Notes under the pieces: model-generated
Told to the model about the DNA's origin: nothing
Database searches by the model: none
Seen by the model: only the letters and a program-made list of their open reading frames with translations
Position numbers and translations under genes: made by a program
Shown: piece by piece, positions 25,339-32,983 of the stretch
Position numbering within the stretch: position 1 is the first letter of the stretch
Layout: every line of letters starts with the position of its first letter
DNA from: a virus
Taxonomy: Duplodnaviria; Caudoviricetes
IMG/VR virus record: IMGVR_UViG_3300037760_000117
Span: 1-49,369 of that record
Reading direction: 5' to 3' (one strand)
Length of the DNA stretch: 49,369 bases

Positions 25339-25626
25339 CTACTCGCGGGAGCGCTCCCACGGCCACCACTTGCGCATGTGACCCGCGTACCACAGCGCGA
25401 ACGTGGCCAGCGCTACCGTCAGCACCGTCCACCCCACCGTCCCGCCGGTGCCCTCGACGCTGATCCCCAGCCACTCCCGCGACATCTCGCTGAACGTCCC
25501 GCCGTCCCCCGGCGCGAGCAGGGCGACGGTCTCAGGGATGGCGAACCCGAGGGCGACGATGGCCAGCCACAGCGGCCACCAGACCCGTAGCCAGCCGGGG
25601 TCCCGGCGCGGCGCCGGCTCGGTCAT
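25339..25626 (-). CDS. 2-TM membrane protein
   Basis: Trp-rich hydrophobic helices, ATGA overlap. Confidence 0.6.
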   Translation of the reverse strand: MTEPAPRRDPGWLRVWWPLWLAIVALGFAIPETVALLAPGDGGTFSEMSREWLGISVEGTGGTVGWTVLTVALATFALWYAGHMRKWWPWERSRE

Positions 25627-25805
25627 GCCACGCCCCATCGACGCTCGGCGGCCAGCATCCGGCGCGCCTTCCACCGAGCCCAGCGCCGACCGATCACCAG
25701 TGCTTCAGGACCCTGCGTGGACATCCAAGAGTCGGGGATGCCGGTGATCACCTTGATGCCGAACAACCACCTTCCGATCGGCCGGACCTCAACGGTGGCG
25801 CTCAC
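25623..25805 (-). CDS. Small basic hypothetical protein
   Basis: Coupled on both sides. Confidence 0.45.
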   Translation of the reverse strand: MSATVEVRPIGRWLFGIKVITGIPDSWMSTQGPEALVIGRRWARWKARRMLAAERRWGVA

Positions 25806-26104
25806 GGCCGGGTCGCCTGGTCGAGCTGCCGGTCGACCACCTCACCGACGGTCTTCCCGCTCCAGACCTTGCGGCGCGCCCACACGCCGAGCACGATCGG
25901 CGCCGCGGCCACCGCCACCGCCGTGATCGCCGCCTGCTGCGAGTCGGACAGGTCCACCCCGAAGCTCACCGCCAGCGCGAGGATGGCGGCCACCAGCGCC
26001 GTCACCACCGCCCGCGACAGCAGCGGGTTGCCGTCGGTCGGGTCCAGCTCCAGCGGCTCCCCACCGGCGCCCTCAACCATCCTGGTGTTCGCCTTGTGCG
26101 TCAT
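25802..26104 (-). CDS. Holin-like 2-TM protein
   Basis: PLLSRAVVTALVAAILALAVSFGVDLSDSQQAAI...WARRKV, in the lysis cassette. Confidence 0.65.
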   Translation of the reverse strand: MTHKANTRMVEGAGGEPLELDPTDGNPLLSRAVVTALVAAILALAVSFGVDLSDSQQAAITAVAVAAAPIVLGVWARRKVWSGKTVGEVVDRQLDQATRP

Positions 26105-26406
26105 GGTCTCTCCTCGTCTCGTTGGTTGCGGGCGTGCCACAGCAGCAGCAGCCACCCGACCGTCACCGCGTCCACCGCGGCGAACCCCAGCGCGTACAGC
26201 CACAGCGGCGGCGGGTGGCCCAACCCCAACGCCATCAGGCTGGCCGTCTCGGCCAGCCCCACCAGCGCCACGGCCATCAGCTGCCGGCCGACCCAGTTGG
26301 GTCGGCCGTCCGGATGCCGCCACCAGTGGCTGCGGGCATGCCAGGCGGCGAACGCCAACCACAGCACCACCAGTACCGCCAGCTCGCCGATCACCACCGC
26401 CAGCAT
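26101..26406 (-). CDS. Multi-pass membrane protein, putative holin
   Basis: Three hydrophobic segments, WW....GRQLMA motif. Confidence 0.6.
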   Translation of the reverse strand: MLAVVIGELAVLVVLWLAFAAWHARSHWWRHPDGRPNWVGRQLMAVALVGLAETASLMALGLGHPPPLWLYALGFAAVDAVTVGWLLLLWHARNQRDEERP

Positions 26407-26618
26407 CAGTCGGCCCGCTCCGCGGGCGCCGGTGCTGGTGGGATCGCGATCCCGGCCTCGGCCAGCGCCTCCTTGAGCTGGTCGATGGTGGCGGTCATCA
26501 CCGCGCGCTGGCTGTTGACCATCACGTGGACCTGCTGCACCTGCTTGCGGGTGCGCCACGTCGTCACCGCGGTGGCGAGCACCACCCCGGCCGTGGCCAG
26601 GGCCACCAGCTCGGTCAT
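26406..26618 (-). CDS. Small TM plus coiled-coil lysis-cassette protein
   Basis: N-terminal TM followed by VQQVHVMVNSQ. Confidence 0.55.
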   Translation of the reverse strand: MTELVALATAGVVLATAVTTWRTRKQVQQVHVMVNSQRAVMTATIDQLKEALAEAGIAIPPAPAPAERAD

Positions 26619-26791
26619 CACGCCCTCCCCCGTAGCGCCTGCTCGACCAGGTCCGCCAGCGTGTCCCGGGCCCGGTTCGCGTCGGGCCGTTGCCGGCGGG
26701 TGGCGGCGAGTCGGCGGACCGCGTCGGCGCGGGCCTGCGCGGCGGCGTGACCGTTGCCCGGCCGTTGCCGGCGCCGCCACCAGCGGATCAT
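26618..26791 (-). CDS. Small basic protein
   Basis: 57 aa, coupled on both sides. Confidence 0.45.
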   Translation of the reverse strand: MIRWWRRRQRPGNGHAAAQARADAVRRLAATRRQRPDANRARDTLADLVEQALRGRA

Positions 26792-27009
26792 GTCGTGCCC
26801 GCCGTGGACCGGACCGCGGACAGCACGGTCGCGAGCTGCCGGCTCAGCTCGTCGGACCGGGCGCGCTCGAGGTGTGCGGCGGCGCGCCAGTCGTCGGCTC
26901 GGCGGGACTCGGACCGGATCGCGGACCGGTGCAGCAGCGCGAACACCCAGGCGACCACGCCCACCACGCCGCCCTGTGTGATCCACGGCACCAGCTCGGC
27001 CGCGGTCAC
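26788..27009 (-). CDS. Small TM plus coiled-coil lysis-cassette protein
   Basis: GGVVGVVAWVFALL then RRADDWRAA. GTGA overlap with the endolysin. Confidence 0.6.
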   Translation of the reverse strand: MTAAELVPWITQGGVVGVVAWVFALLHRSAIRSESRRADDWRAAAHLERARSDELSRQLATVLSAVRSTAGTT

Positions 27010-27947
27010 TGGCCCGGCGACTCGGCGGCGGTGATGGCGGCCAGGCTCTCCCTGACGCGCACCTCCAGCAGCTGCGCCACGTCGCTCGCCGCTACCTGCG
27101 CCTGCGCATTCTGGACCGCAGCCACCACGCCGGGGACGACCTGCTCCAGCGCGGCGGCCAGCGCGTCCAGCTGCGCCACGATGCCGCGGACCATGGCGCC
27201 GTAGGTCTGCCCGGTCTGCGGGTTGACCCGGTTCCACACGTCGAGGGGGATGTCGGATGTGTTGGCCAGGTTCAGCTTGCCGTACACCCATGCCTGCCGG
27301 AGGGCGGTACGTGGGTCGATCTCGTCGCCGACATCGAACGCGCCGGACGTTGCGGCATGGTAGGTCTCGCCCACCACGCTGCTCAGTCCCTCGCGTAGGT
27401 CCTTGATGAGTGCGGTCTTGTCGGCCTGCGGCCAGTCACTGTAGGGCATGTCCTCGTCCTCCTCGGTGGTTGGTAGGCCGGCGGCGATCCAGGCGCGCAG
27501 CCGGGAGCCGGGGCACTCTGTGGACTGACCGGGCACCTGGCCGTGGCCGCGGACGGTGAGCGTCCGTCCGGCGAGCCGGTTGGCCTCGCCGTGCAGCCAT
27601 CGGATGCTGGCGAGCGCGGCCGGGGTGGGTGCGGTGTTGCCGGAGGTGCCGATCCAGCACACCCCGACCCACGCGGTGTTCTGCCCGCCGGCGTGGGCGC
27701 CGATGGCGAGCCACCCACCGGACCGTCCCTCGTACACTTTGCCGGCCTGGTCGACCAGCCAGTTGTAGCCGATGTCCGACCAGCCGTTGGAGTCCATCTG
27801 GAAGTTCTGGATCTGGCGGACGGTCTGGCTGGTGGGGCCGGCGGTGTGGTGGATCGCGAACCCGGTGCGTTTGCTCCAGGTGGTTTTGACGCTGGCCGAC
27901 TTGGGCGCGCGAGCCCCCCATTCGGCGCGGGTGACGATGGTCGGCAT
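27006..27947 (-). CDS. Endolysin, N-acetylmuramoyl-L-alanine amidase (PGRP/Amidase_2 type)
   Basis: IVTRAEWGA, IHHT, GWSDIGYNWLV...YEGR, GAHAGG.N, GH....TECPG. Confidence 0.92.
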   Translation of the reverse strand: MPTIVTRAEWGARAPKSASVKTTWSKRTGFAIHHTAGPTSQTVRQIQNFQMDSNGWSDIGYNWLVDQAGKVYEGRSGGWLAIGAHAGGQNTAWVGVCWIGTSGNTAPTPAALASIRWLHGEANRLAGRTLTVRGHGQVPGQSTECPGSRLRAWIAAGLPTTEEDEDMPYSDWPQADKTALIKDLREGLSSVVGETYHAATSGAFDVGDEIDPRTALRQAWVYGKLNLANTSDIPLDVWNRVNPQTGQTYGAMVRGIVAQLDALAAALEQVVPGVVAAVQNAQAQVAASDVAQLLEVRVRESLAAITAAESPGQ

Positions 27948-28102
27948 CAGCCCCTCCTCAGCGGCCAGTGTCCGAGCCCGGCCCCACCCAGCAGCAGGTG
28001 AGCGGCGACGAACGCGAGGCCTAGTGTGACCAGGTCGACCTCGCCGAGGCTCACCCCGAACAGGGCGAGCACGAAGCACAGCAGGGCAAGCAGCGCGAAC
28101 AT
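27947..28102 (-). CDS. Small hydrophobic membrane protein (51 aa)
   Basis: AGGAGG RBS, MFALLALLCFVLALFGV. Confidence 0.6.
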   Translation of the reverse strand: MFALLALLCFVLALFGVSLGEVDLVTLGLAFVAAHLLLGGAGLGHWPLRRG

Positions 28103-28113
28103 GGGGCACCCTC

Positions 28114-28614
28114 CTACAGGGCGACGGCGAGGTAGCCGAACTGGATGGTGATGAGGTCGCCGGTGGCCCACGGGATGGGCGCGGTGTTCGACACGGCGTT
28201 GTTGCTGCCGTCGATGGAGAACCACAGGTAGTGGGTGCCGGACTCGTCCCGGAACTGGCCGACGACGGTGTTGCTGTTGGCGCCGGTGCCGAGGTCCCGC
28301 ACCCTGCCGAACGCGCACCGCTGCGCCGCACCACCCGTGGTGCTGGCCTCCATGATGGAGATATCCGGCTGGAACGGCACCGAGATGTAGTACGTGCCCG
28401 AGCCGGCGTTCATCGACGTGCCGAACTCGAACCTGGCGTAGCCCTCCACCCAGTGCCCGGACCGCCACCAGTGCCCGACCGCGGTCGACCCCGACCCGAG
28501 TGTCGGATTCGTCGTGGTCGCGCCCAACGTCGGGGTGTACGTCCCCTGCGAGTCGAGGGCGTTCAGGTCGTCGGCGTCCACTAGCTGGCCGACCAAGGCG
28601 GGGGCGTGGGACAT
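28114..28614 (-). CDS. Putative receptor-binding/tail-tip protein, paralogue 3
   Basis: GTYTPTL...PTLG...WRSGHW...ARF.FG...GSGTYYISVP. Confidence 0.7.
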   Translation of the reverse strand: MSHAPALVGQLVDADDLNALDSQGTYTPTLGATTTNPTLGSGSTAVGHWWRSGHWVEGYARFEFGTSMNAGSGTYYISVPFQPDISIMEASTTGGAAQRCAFGRVRDLGTGANSNTVVGQFRDESGTHYLWFSIDGSNNAVSNTAPIPWATGDLITIQFGYLAVAL

Positions 28615-28617
28615 GGC

Positions 28618-29136
28618 CTACCTCGGCAGTCCGGCCGGGTCGGCCGGGTAGCTAAAGTGGACGCTGTACCTGCTCCAGTTCGCCGGGGTGAACGGCGCGG
28701 AGTCCGTCACGCTCGCGTTGCCGGTGGTGATGACCATAAACACTACGTCTTCCTGCACGGCGGGGTCCGGCGGCTGAACGTACACCGGCGAGTTGTTCGC
28801 GGCCGTGCTGAAATCGCGGATGCGACCGAACCCCAGGCACGTGCCGCCGGCGATGGTGCCCGACCCGACCACCACGCTGTAGTCGACCGGGAGTGGCAGG
28901 CTGATGCGGTACTGGCCGCTGCCGGCGGCGAGGTTGTCGCCGAGGAACAGGAACCTTGCCATGCCGCGAATCCAGTGGCCCTTGCGGGAGAACAGGCCGA
29001 ACGCCTCGCCGTCGTCGCCCAGGTTCGGGTCGGTCGTGCCGCCGTGCAGGCGCGGGGTGTAGATCTCGTGCCGGTCCAGGTTGCCCATCATGCGGGCGGG
29101 CAGGGTGGCGACGTCCCCAAAGGACTCGTGTGCCAT
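28618..29136 (-). CDS. Putative receptor-binding/tail-tip protein, paralogue 2
   Basis: IYTPRL...PNLG...RKGHW...ARF.F...GSGQYRISLP. Confidence 0.7.
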   Translation of the reverse strand: MAHESFGDVATLPARMMGNLDRHEIYTPRLHGGTTDPNLGDDGEAFGLFSRKGHWIRGMARFLFLGDNLAAGSGQYRISLPLPVDYSVVVGSGTIAGGTCLGFGRIRDFSTAANNSPVYVQPPDPAVQEDVVFMVITTGNASVTDSAPFTPANWSRYSVHFSYPADPAGLPR

Positions 29137-29645
29137 CAGTCCTCCGCCGGGTAGGAGAAATTGATGCCGATGCGGTCACCGGCGGCGACGGTGAACGGGG
29201 ACGTGCCCGACACGCCGCCGTTGGACCCGGGCTGCCGCATCTGCGCGTGGATCAGCCCGGTGATGGAGTACGGCCGCAACTGCACCGTGACGATGCGGGA
29301 GTTCGCCCCGGCAGAGTTGTCCCGCAGCCAGCCGTACCCCACCGGCAGGCTGGTGGAGTCGAACGGGTCCGCGTCGATGAGGCTCAGGTCGGGTTGGAAC
29401 GGCAGGCTGATGTGGAACACGCCACCGCCGCCGGTGGCCACACCGGTGCCGCCGAACGCGAGCCGGGCCATGACCTGCATCCAATGCCCGGACCGCCACC
29501 AAACCCCTTCGGCATCACCGCCGGTGCCCAGGCTGGGTGTGCCATCCGTCGCCGTGAGGACTGGTGTGTAGGTGCCGTGCTCGTCGAGGCGGTTGCGGCG
29601 GTACGGGTCCACGGGCTGGCCGGGCAGCCACGGGTCATGCGCCAC
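29136..29645 (-). CDS. Putative receptor-binding/tail-tip protein, paralogue 1
   Basis: GTYTPVL...PSLG...WRSGHW...ARL.FG...GVFHISLP. Confidence 0.7.
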   Translation of the reverse strand: MAHDPWLPGQPVDPYRRNRLDEHGTYTPVLTATDGTPSLGTGGDAEGVWWRSGHWMQVMARLAFGGTGVATGGGGVFHISLPFQPDLSLIDADPFDSTSLPVGYGWLRDNSAGANSRIVTVQLRPYSITGLIHAQMRQPGSNGGVSGTSPFTVAAGDRIGINFSYPAED

Positions 29646-29657
29646 GCCGCCACCCCC

Positions 29658-32486
29658 TCACAGCGAATACCGCAGCGGGTCGACCAGCATCACCGCGGTG
29701 CCGGCGGCGTGCGCCACGGCGATGCCGTTCGCTCCGCGCGTGACGGTGAAGGTCTGGTTGCCGCCGGACACCGAGCCGATGGCGGTCACCGTCATCACCT
29801 CGGTCCCGAACCGGCCCCCCAGCGCGGCGGGGAACGTCTCGATCTGCATCGGGAACAGGTCCGGCTCGGCGGCCGACGTCACCCACGGCGAGTCCCCAAT
29901 GTCGACCACCATCGTGGTGGTCGAGCTGTTGATGCCCGCGTCCAGCACGGCGTCGCCGAACCGGGGGCTGTAGCGGCCCGAGCCGAGGGTGCCCAACTGC
30001 CACGGCGAGTCCGGCACGGAGTAGAGGAACACATTCCAAGTGACCTGGGTGATGTGCTGCCGCCACCCCTCCAGCTGCACGTCAATGTCCACATTCGGCA
30101 GCTGCGTGAACGCATGGTCGGCGGTGATCCGGTCCCCGATCCGCAGCGACTGCCACGTCGGGATCAGCGCCTCCGCCGACGGGCGGTGCAGCTCGATCGG
30201 GATCAGTGGCCACCGGTACCCGTCGTGGGTGCCCCGGTGGATCAGCCACCCACCGATGTCCTCCAGCGGGTTGTCGGTGTGCGTGTTGACCGGGTGCGAC
30301 CGGTCGGCCAGGCCGTCGGTGACGATGGACGCCTCGCTGCGGGCGACCGCCGAGCTGCCACCCTCCCGACTGACCTCCACCTGGTTGACCAGCTGCAAAT
30401 CGTCGTCGGTCGGCCGCGGGGTGCGGGCGAGCTGGTCGGCGCCGATGTGCATCGCCACCGGCAGGTTCTGCCGCGCGGCGCGGGTGAGGTAGCCGAGCCC
30501 GGTGCCGATCTCGTGCACCCGCCCACCGTCGGTGTCCTCGATCTCCCGCAGCAGCTCGGGCAGGGTCTTGGGGAGCTGGGAGCCCATCGGCTGCGACTCG
30601 GGCGGGTTGCCGCGGACCACCGCGGGGATTCCCGACTCCACGCACAGCCGCGAGAACCGGGACGCGGCGAACTCACCCGCCCAGCCGTTCAGGCTGACCA
30701 GCAGCGGCGGATGACCGAGGCTCGGGCCGGCCACACCGGTCAGGATCAGCGGCCCCACCGCCTCGCCGTCCCGCGGCCCGAACGCAAGGTGGCCGATGCT
30801 GCGGGTGTCCGGTGTCGCCGCGAGCGGGTCGAAGCCCGCCTTGGTGGGCCGGCCGGCCGCGAACGAGGCGGTGCTGCTGATCACCGCGTTCAGCGCGTCG
30901 CCGTCCACGGTCCACGCGCCCAGGCTGGCGTGAGCCGTCGACGCCGAGTCGGCCGTCACGGTCAGCCGAAGGAACACCCACCGGTCGAAGAAGTCGGCGT
31001 GTACGGCCTGCGAGTCGCTGGAGATCTGGGTGCCGTCGCCGTCCTGGATCAGCAGGTTGAAGTTGGTGGTGTTGATCCGCGCCAAGAAGGTGATGCCCGT
31101 CGAGCTGATCGTCCGCAGCATCGTCCGCGACGACGCCACCCCAGCCTCCATGTAGAACAGCCACTCGGCCAGCCATGTCGCATTGGCTGCCATCGTGTTC
31201 GGGACCTGCGCGAAGAAGCTGGCGGTGGGGCGCAGCACCGGCAGCGGCTTGGACCCGCCCGGCCCGTCAATGGCGGCGGGGGACCAGTCACGCGCCGGCT
31301 GGATCGCACGCACGCCGGTGATGGGGGACTCCAGCCGCGTAGCGCCGGACCCGTCTTCCATCGGCCAGTACGCGGCCACCGCCGGGTTCGACTCGGCGAC
31401 GCGCCGGGTCGCCGAGTGGAAGGGTTTCGCGCCTTGCTGGATGCGGTGCAGCGTCCCCTTGGCGGAGATGCGGACGTACGAGTCCCTTGTCCCGAGCGGG
31501 TTCCAATCGACGGGCCACTCTGGAACGAAGGTCACCGGCAGCGCCGCGGGCGCGTTGCTGATATTGACGGTCACGCCGTTGTGGTAAAGGATGTCCTGCG
31601 ACGCCTCGAACTCGTGGACACCGGTCGGCTCCGCCGACGTCAGGTCCCGCTCGGCGAGCGACCCGGCGATGAAGCTCTGGGAGTCCAGGTCGGCCAGCTC
31701 CGAAAACCCGGCTGGCGCGGTGAACGTCGTCTCGGAGGTGTCCACGGAGTTGGCGCCGGCCCACCGCAGCTCCAGCCGCGCCGGCCCCGGGTCCGTGGAC
31801 GGGGTGGCGACCAGATCGGACACCGTCGATGACGACAGCACGTCGATGGTGGGTACGGTGCCGGCGGCGTCCTCGACGGCCACGATCGCCACTACAGCGT
31901 CGGCGTTGTCGGCCTGCGTGAAACCGTAGGTGCCCGGCTCGCTACCGGCGACCTTCCACCACACCTTCGTGTTGCAGAAGTTCGGCAGGGTCACCTCGCC
32001 GAGCGGCTCCCACTGGCTGCCGCCGGTCGGGACGCCCATCTGCGACAGGAACCCGAAGTCGTTGGTGTGAAACGCAACCATCAGGTCGCCGGCTTGCACA
32101 CCGGCGGGTGCGGAGACGTTGAACGCGCCGGTGGAACCGGACTCGTGAGTGGACACGGACCGCACCGACGCGGCGGGTAGTGTGTCCTGGTCGCCGACGG
32201 TGATCTGCATCGGAGTGTTCTTCGTCAGCCCGCCGTACCACGGCCCCATGCGGTTGCGTGAGCTGAACGCGCCGTCACGGTTGTCGATGGTCAGGCTGCA
32301 CGTGCTCGGGTCGCAGTAGCCGCCCTCGTTGCGGACACCCCACGCGTGGTCGATCCCCTGCGCGTACCGGATGCGGCTGATGCCGTCCCACGCGGTGATG
32401 TCCACCCAGTCCCAGGTGGTCGGGTCAGCCGGGTCGCTGAACGGGGCGATCTCCACCCGAATCTTGCCGTCAAGCAGGCCGGCCAT
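29658..32486 (-). CDS. Large minor tail / tail-tip protein (942 aa)
   Basis: WVDIT, PSTCSLTIDNRDGAFS, AYWPMEDG and FTVTRGANG motifs. Located after the tape measure. Confidence 0.8.
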   Translation of the reverse strand: MAGLLDGKIRVEIAPFSDPADPTTWDWVDITAWDGISRIRYAQGIDHAWGVRNEGGYCDPSTCSLTIDNRDGAFSSRNRMGPWYGGLTKNTPMQITVGDQDTLPAASVRSVSTHESGSTGAFNVSAPAGVQAGDLMVAFHTNDFGFLSQMGVPTGGSQWEPLGEVTLPNFCNTKVWWKVAGSEPGTYGFTQADNADAVVAIVAVEDAAGTVPTIDVLSSSTVSDLVATPSTDPGPARLELRWAGANSVDTSETTFTAPAGFSELADLDSQSFIAGSLAERDLTSAEPTGVHEFEASQDILYHNGVTVNISNAPAALPVTFVPEWPVDWNPLGTRDSYVRISAKGTLHRIQQGAKPFHSATRRVAESNPAVAAYWPMEDGSGATRLESPITGVRAIQPARDWSPAAIDGPGGSKPLPVLRPTASFFAQVPNTMAANATWLAEWLFYMEAGVASSRTMLRTISSTGITFLARINTTNFNLLIQDGDGTQISSDSQAVHADFFDRWVFLRLTVTADSASTAHASLGAWTVDGDALNAVISSTASFAAGRPTKAGFDPLAATPDTRSIGHLAFGPRDGEAVGPLILTGVAGPSLGHPPLLVSLNGWAGEFAASRFSRLCVESGIPAVVRGNPPESQPMGSQLPKTLPELLREIEDTDGGRVHEIGTGLGYLTRAARQNLPVAMHIGADQLARTPRPTDDDLQLVNQVEVSREGGSSAVARSEASIVTDGLADRSHPVNTHTDNPLEDIGGWLIHRGTHDGYRWPLIPIELHRPSAEALIPTWQSLRIGDRITADHAFTQLPNVDIDVQLEGWRQHITQVTWNVFLYSVPDSPWQLGTLGSGRYSPRFGDAVLDAGINSSTTTMVVDIGDSPWVTSAAEPDLFPMQIETFPAALGGRFGTEVMTVTAIGSVSGGNQTFTVTRGANGIAVAHAAGTAVMLVDPLRYSL

Positions 32487-32980
32487 CAGGTGGCCTCCGG
32501 TGGCACCGACAAATCCAGGCCCGGGTCGGCGGTGATGGCGAACTGGACGTCGATGCGGGCCGGTTCGCCACCCACCTCCACCGGGCGGCCCACCGCTGCC
32601 ACCTCCACCGGCCACACGTCCATCGCGTTGTCCTCCACGTCACCACCGTGGAGGAGCACCAGGTGCCCCACGGTGCCGCGGGGCAGCAGGGTGCGCACGT
32701 CCTCTGTGCCGTCGAGGCCGGCGTAGAACACGACCCGGGAGTCGTCGACCTCAAGCGTGAGCGGCATGGTGGTGGCGAAGTCGGACGTCAGGCCCTGCGT
32801 GTCGGCGAGCCGGGCGCGGACGTGCCAGCCGACGACCACCGCCACCTCGGCCGTCAGGTCGGTCCCCAGGTCGAGCTCGTCGCGGGTGGGGTCCTGCACG
32901 TCGTCGATGGCGGCGACGAAGTAGAGGCGGGTCTCGCCGGCGTGGATGTAGCGGCGGGTGGCGTCCAGCGGTGTGGCCAT
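32486..32980 (-). CDS. Paralogue of the major tail tube protein, in the distal-tail gene position
   Basis: Aligns end to end by eye with 36627-37127 (RYI, PTR.ELD, DLT.E, GW.V, FYA, TEDVR, RG.VG, GGDVE, VEV). Confidence 0.8.
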   Translation of the reverse strand: MATPLDATRRYIHAGETRLYFVAAIDDVQDPTRDELDLGTDLTAEVAVVVGWHVRARLADTQGLTSDFATTMPLTLEVDDSRVVFYAGLDGTEDVRTLLPRGTVGHLVLLHGGDVEDNAMDVWPVEVAAVGRPVEVGGEPARIDVQFAITADPGLDLSVPPEAT

Positions 32981-32983
32981 CAG

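Noticed and set aside
28114-29645. Diversity-generating retroelement or invertible tail-fibre cassette
   Set aside because: No reverse transcriptase, no template/variable repeat pair, no adjacent invertase, and all copies lie in the same orientation.
28956-31832. 958-aa plus-strand ORF, and similar ones at 39690-41615, 43133-45316 and 47425-48912
   Set aside because: Antisense to clearly recognisable structural genes, with Arg/Gly/Pro-rich shadow composition.
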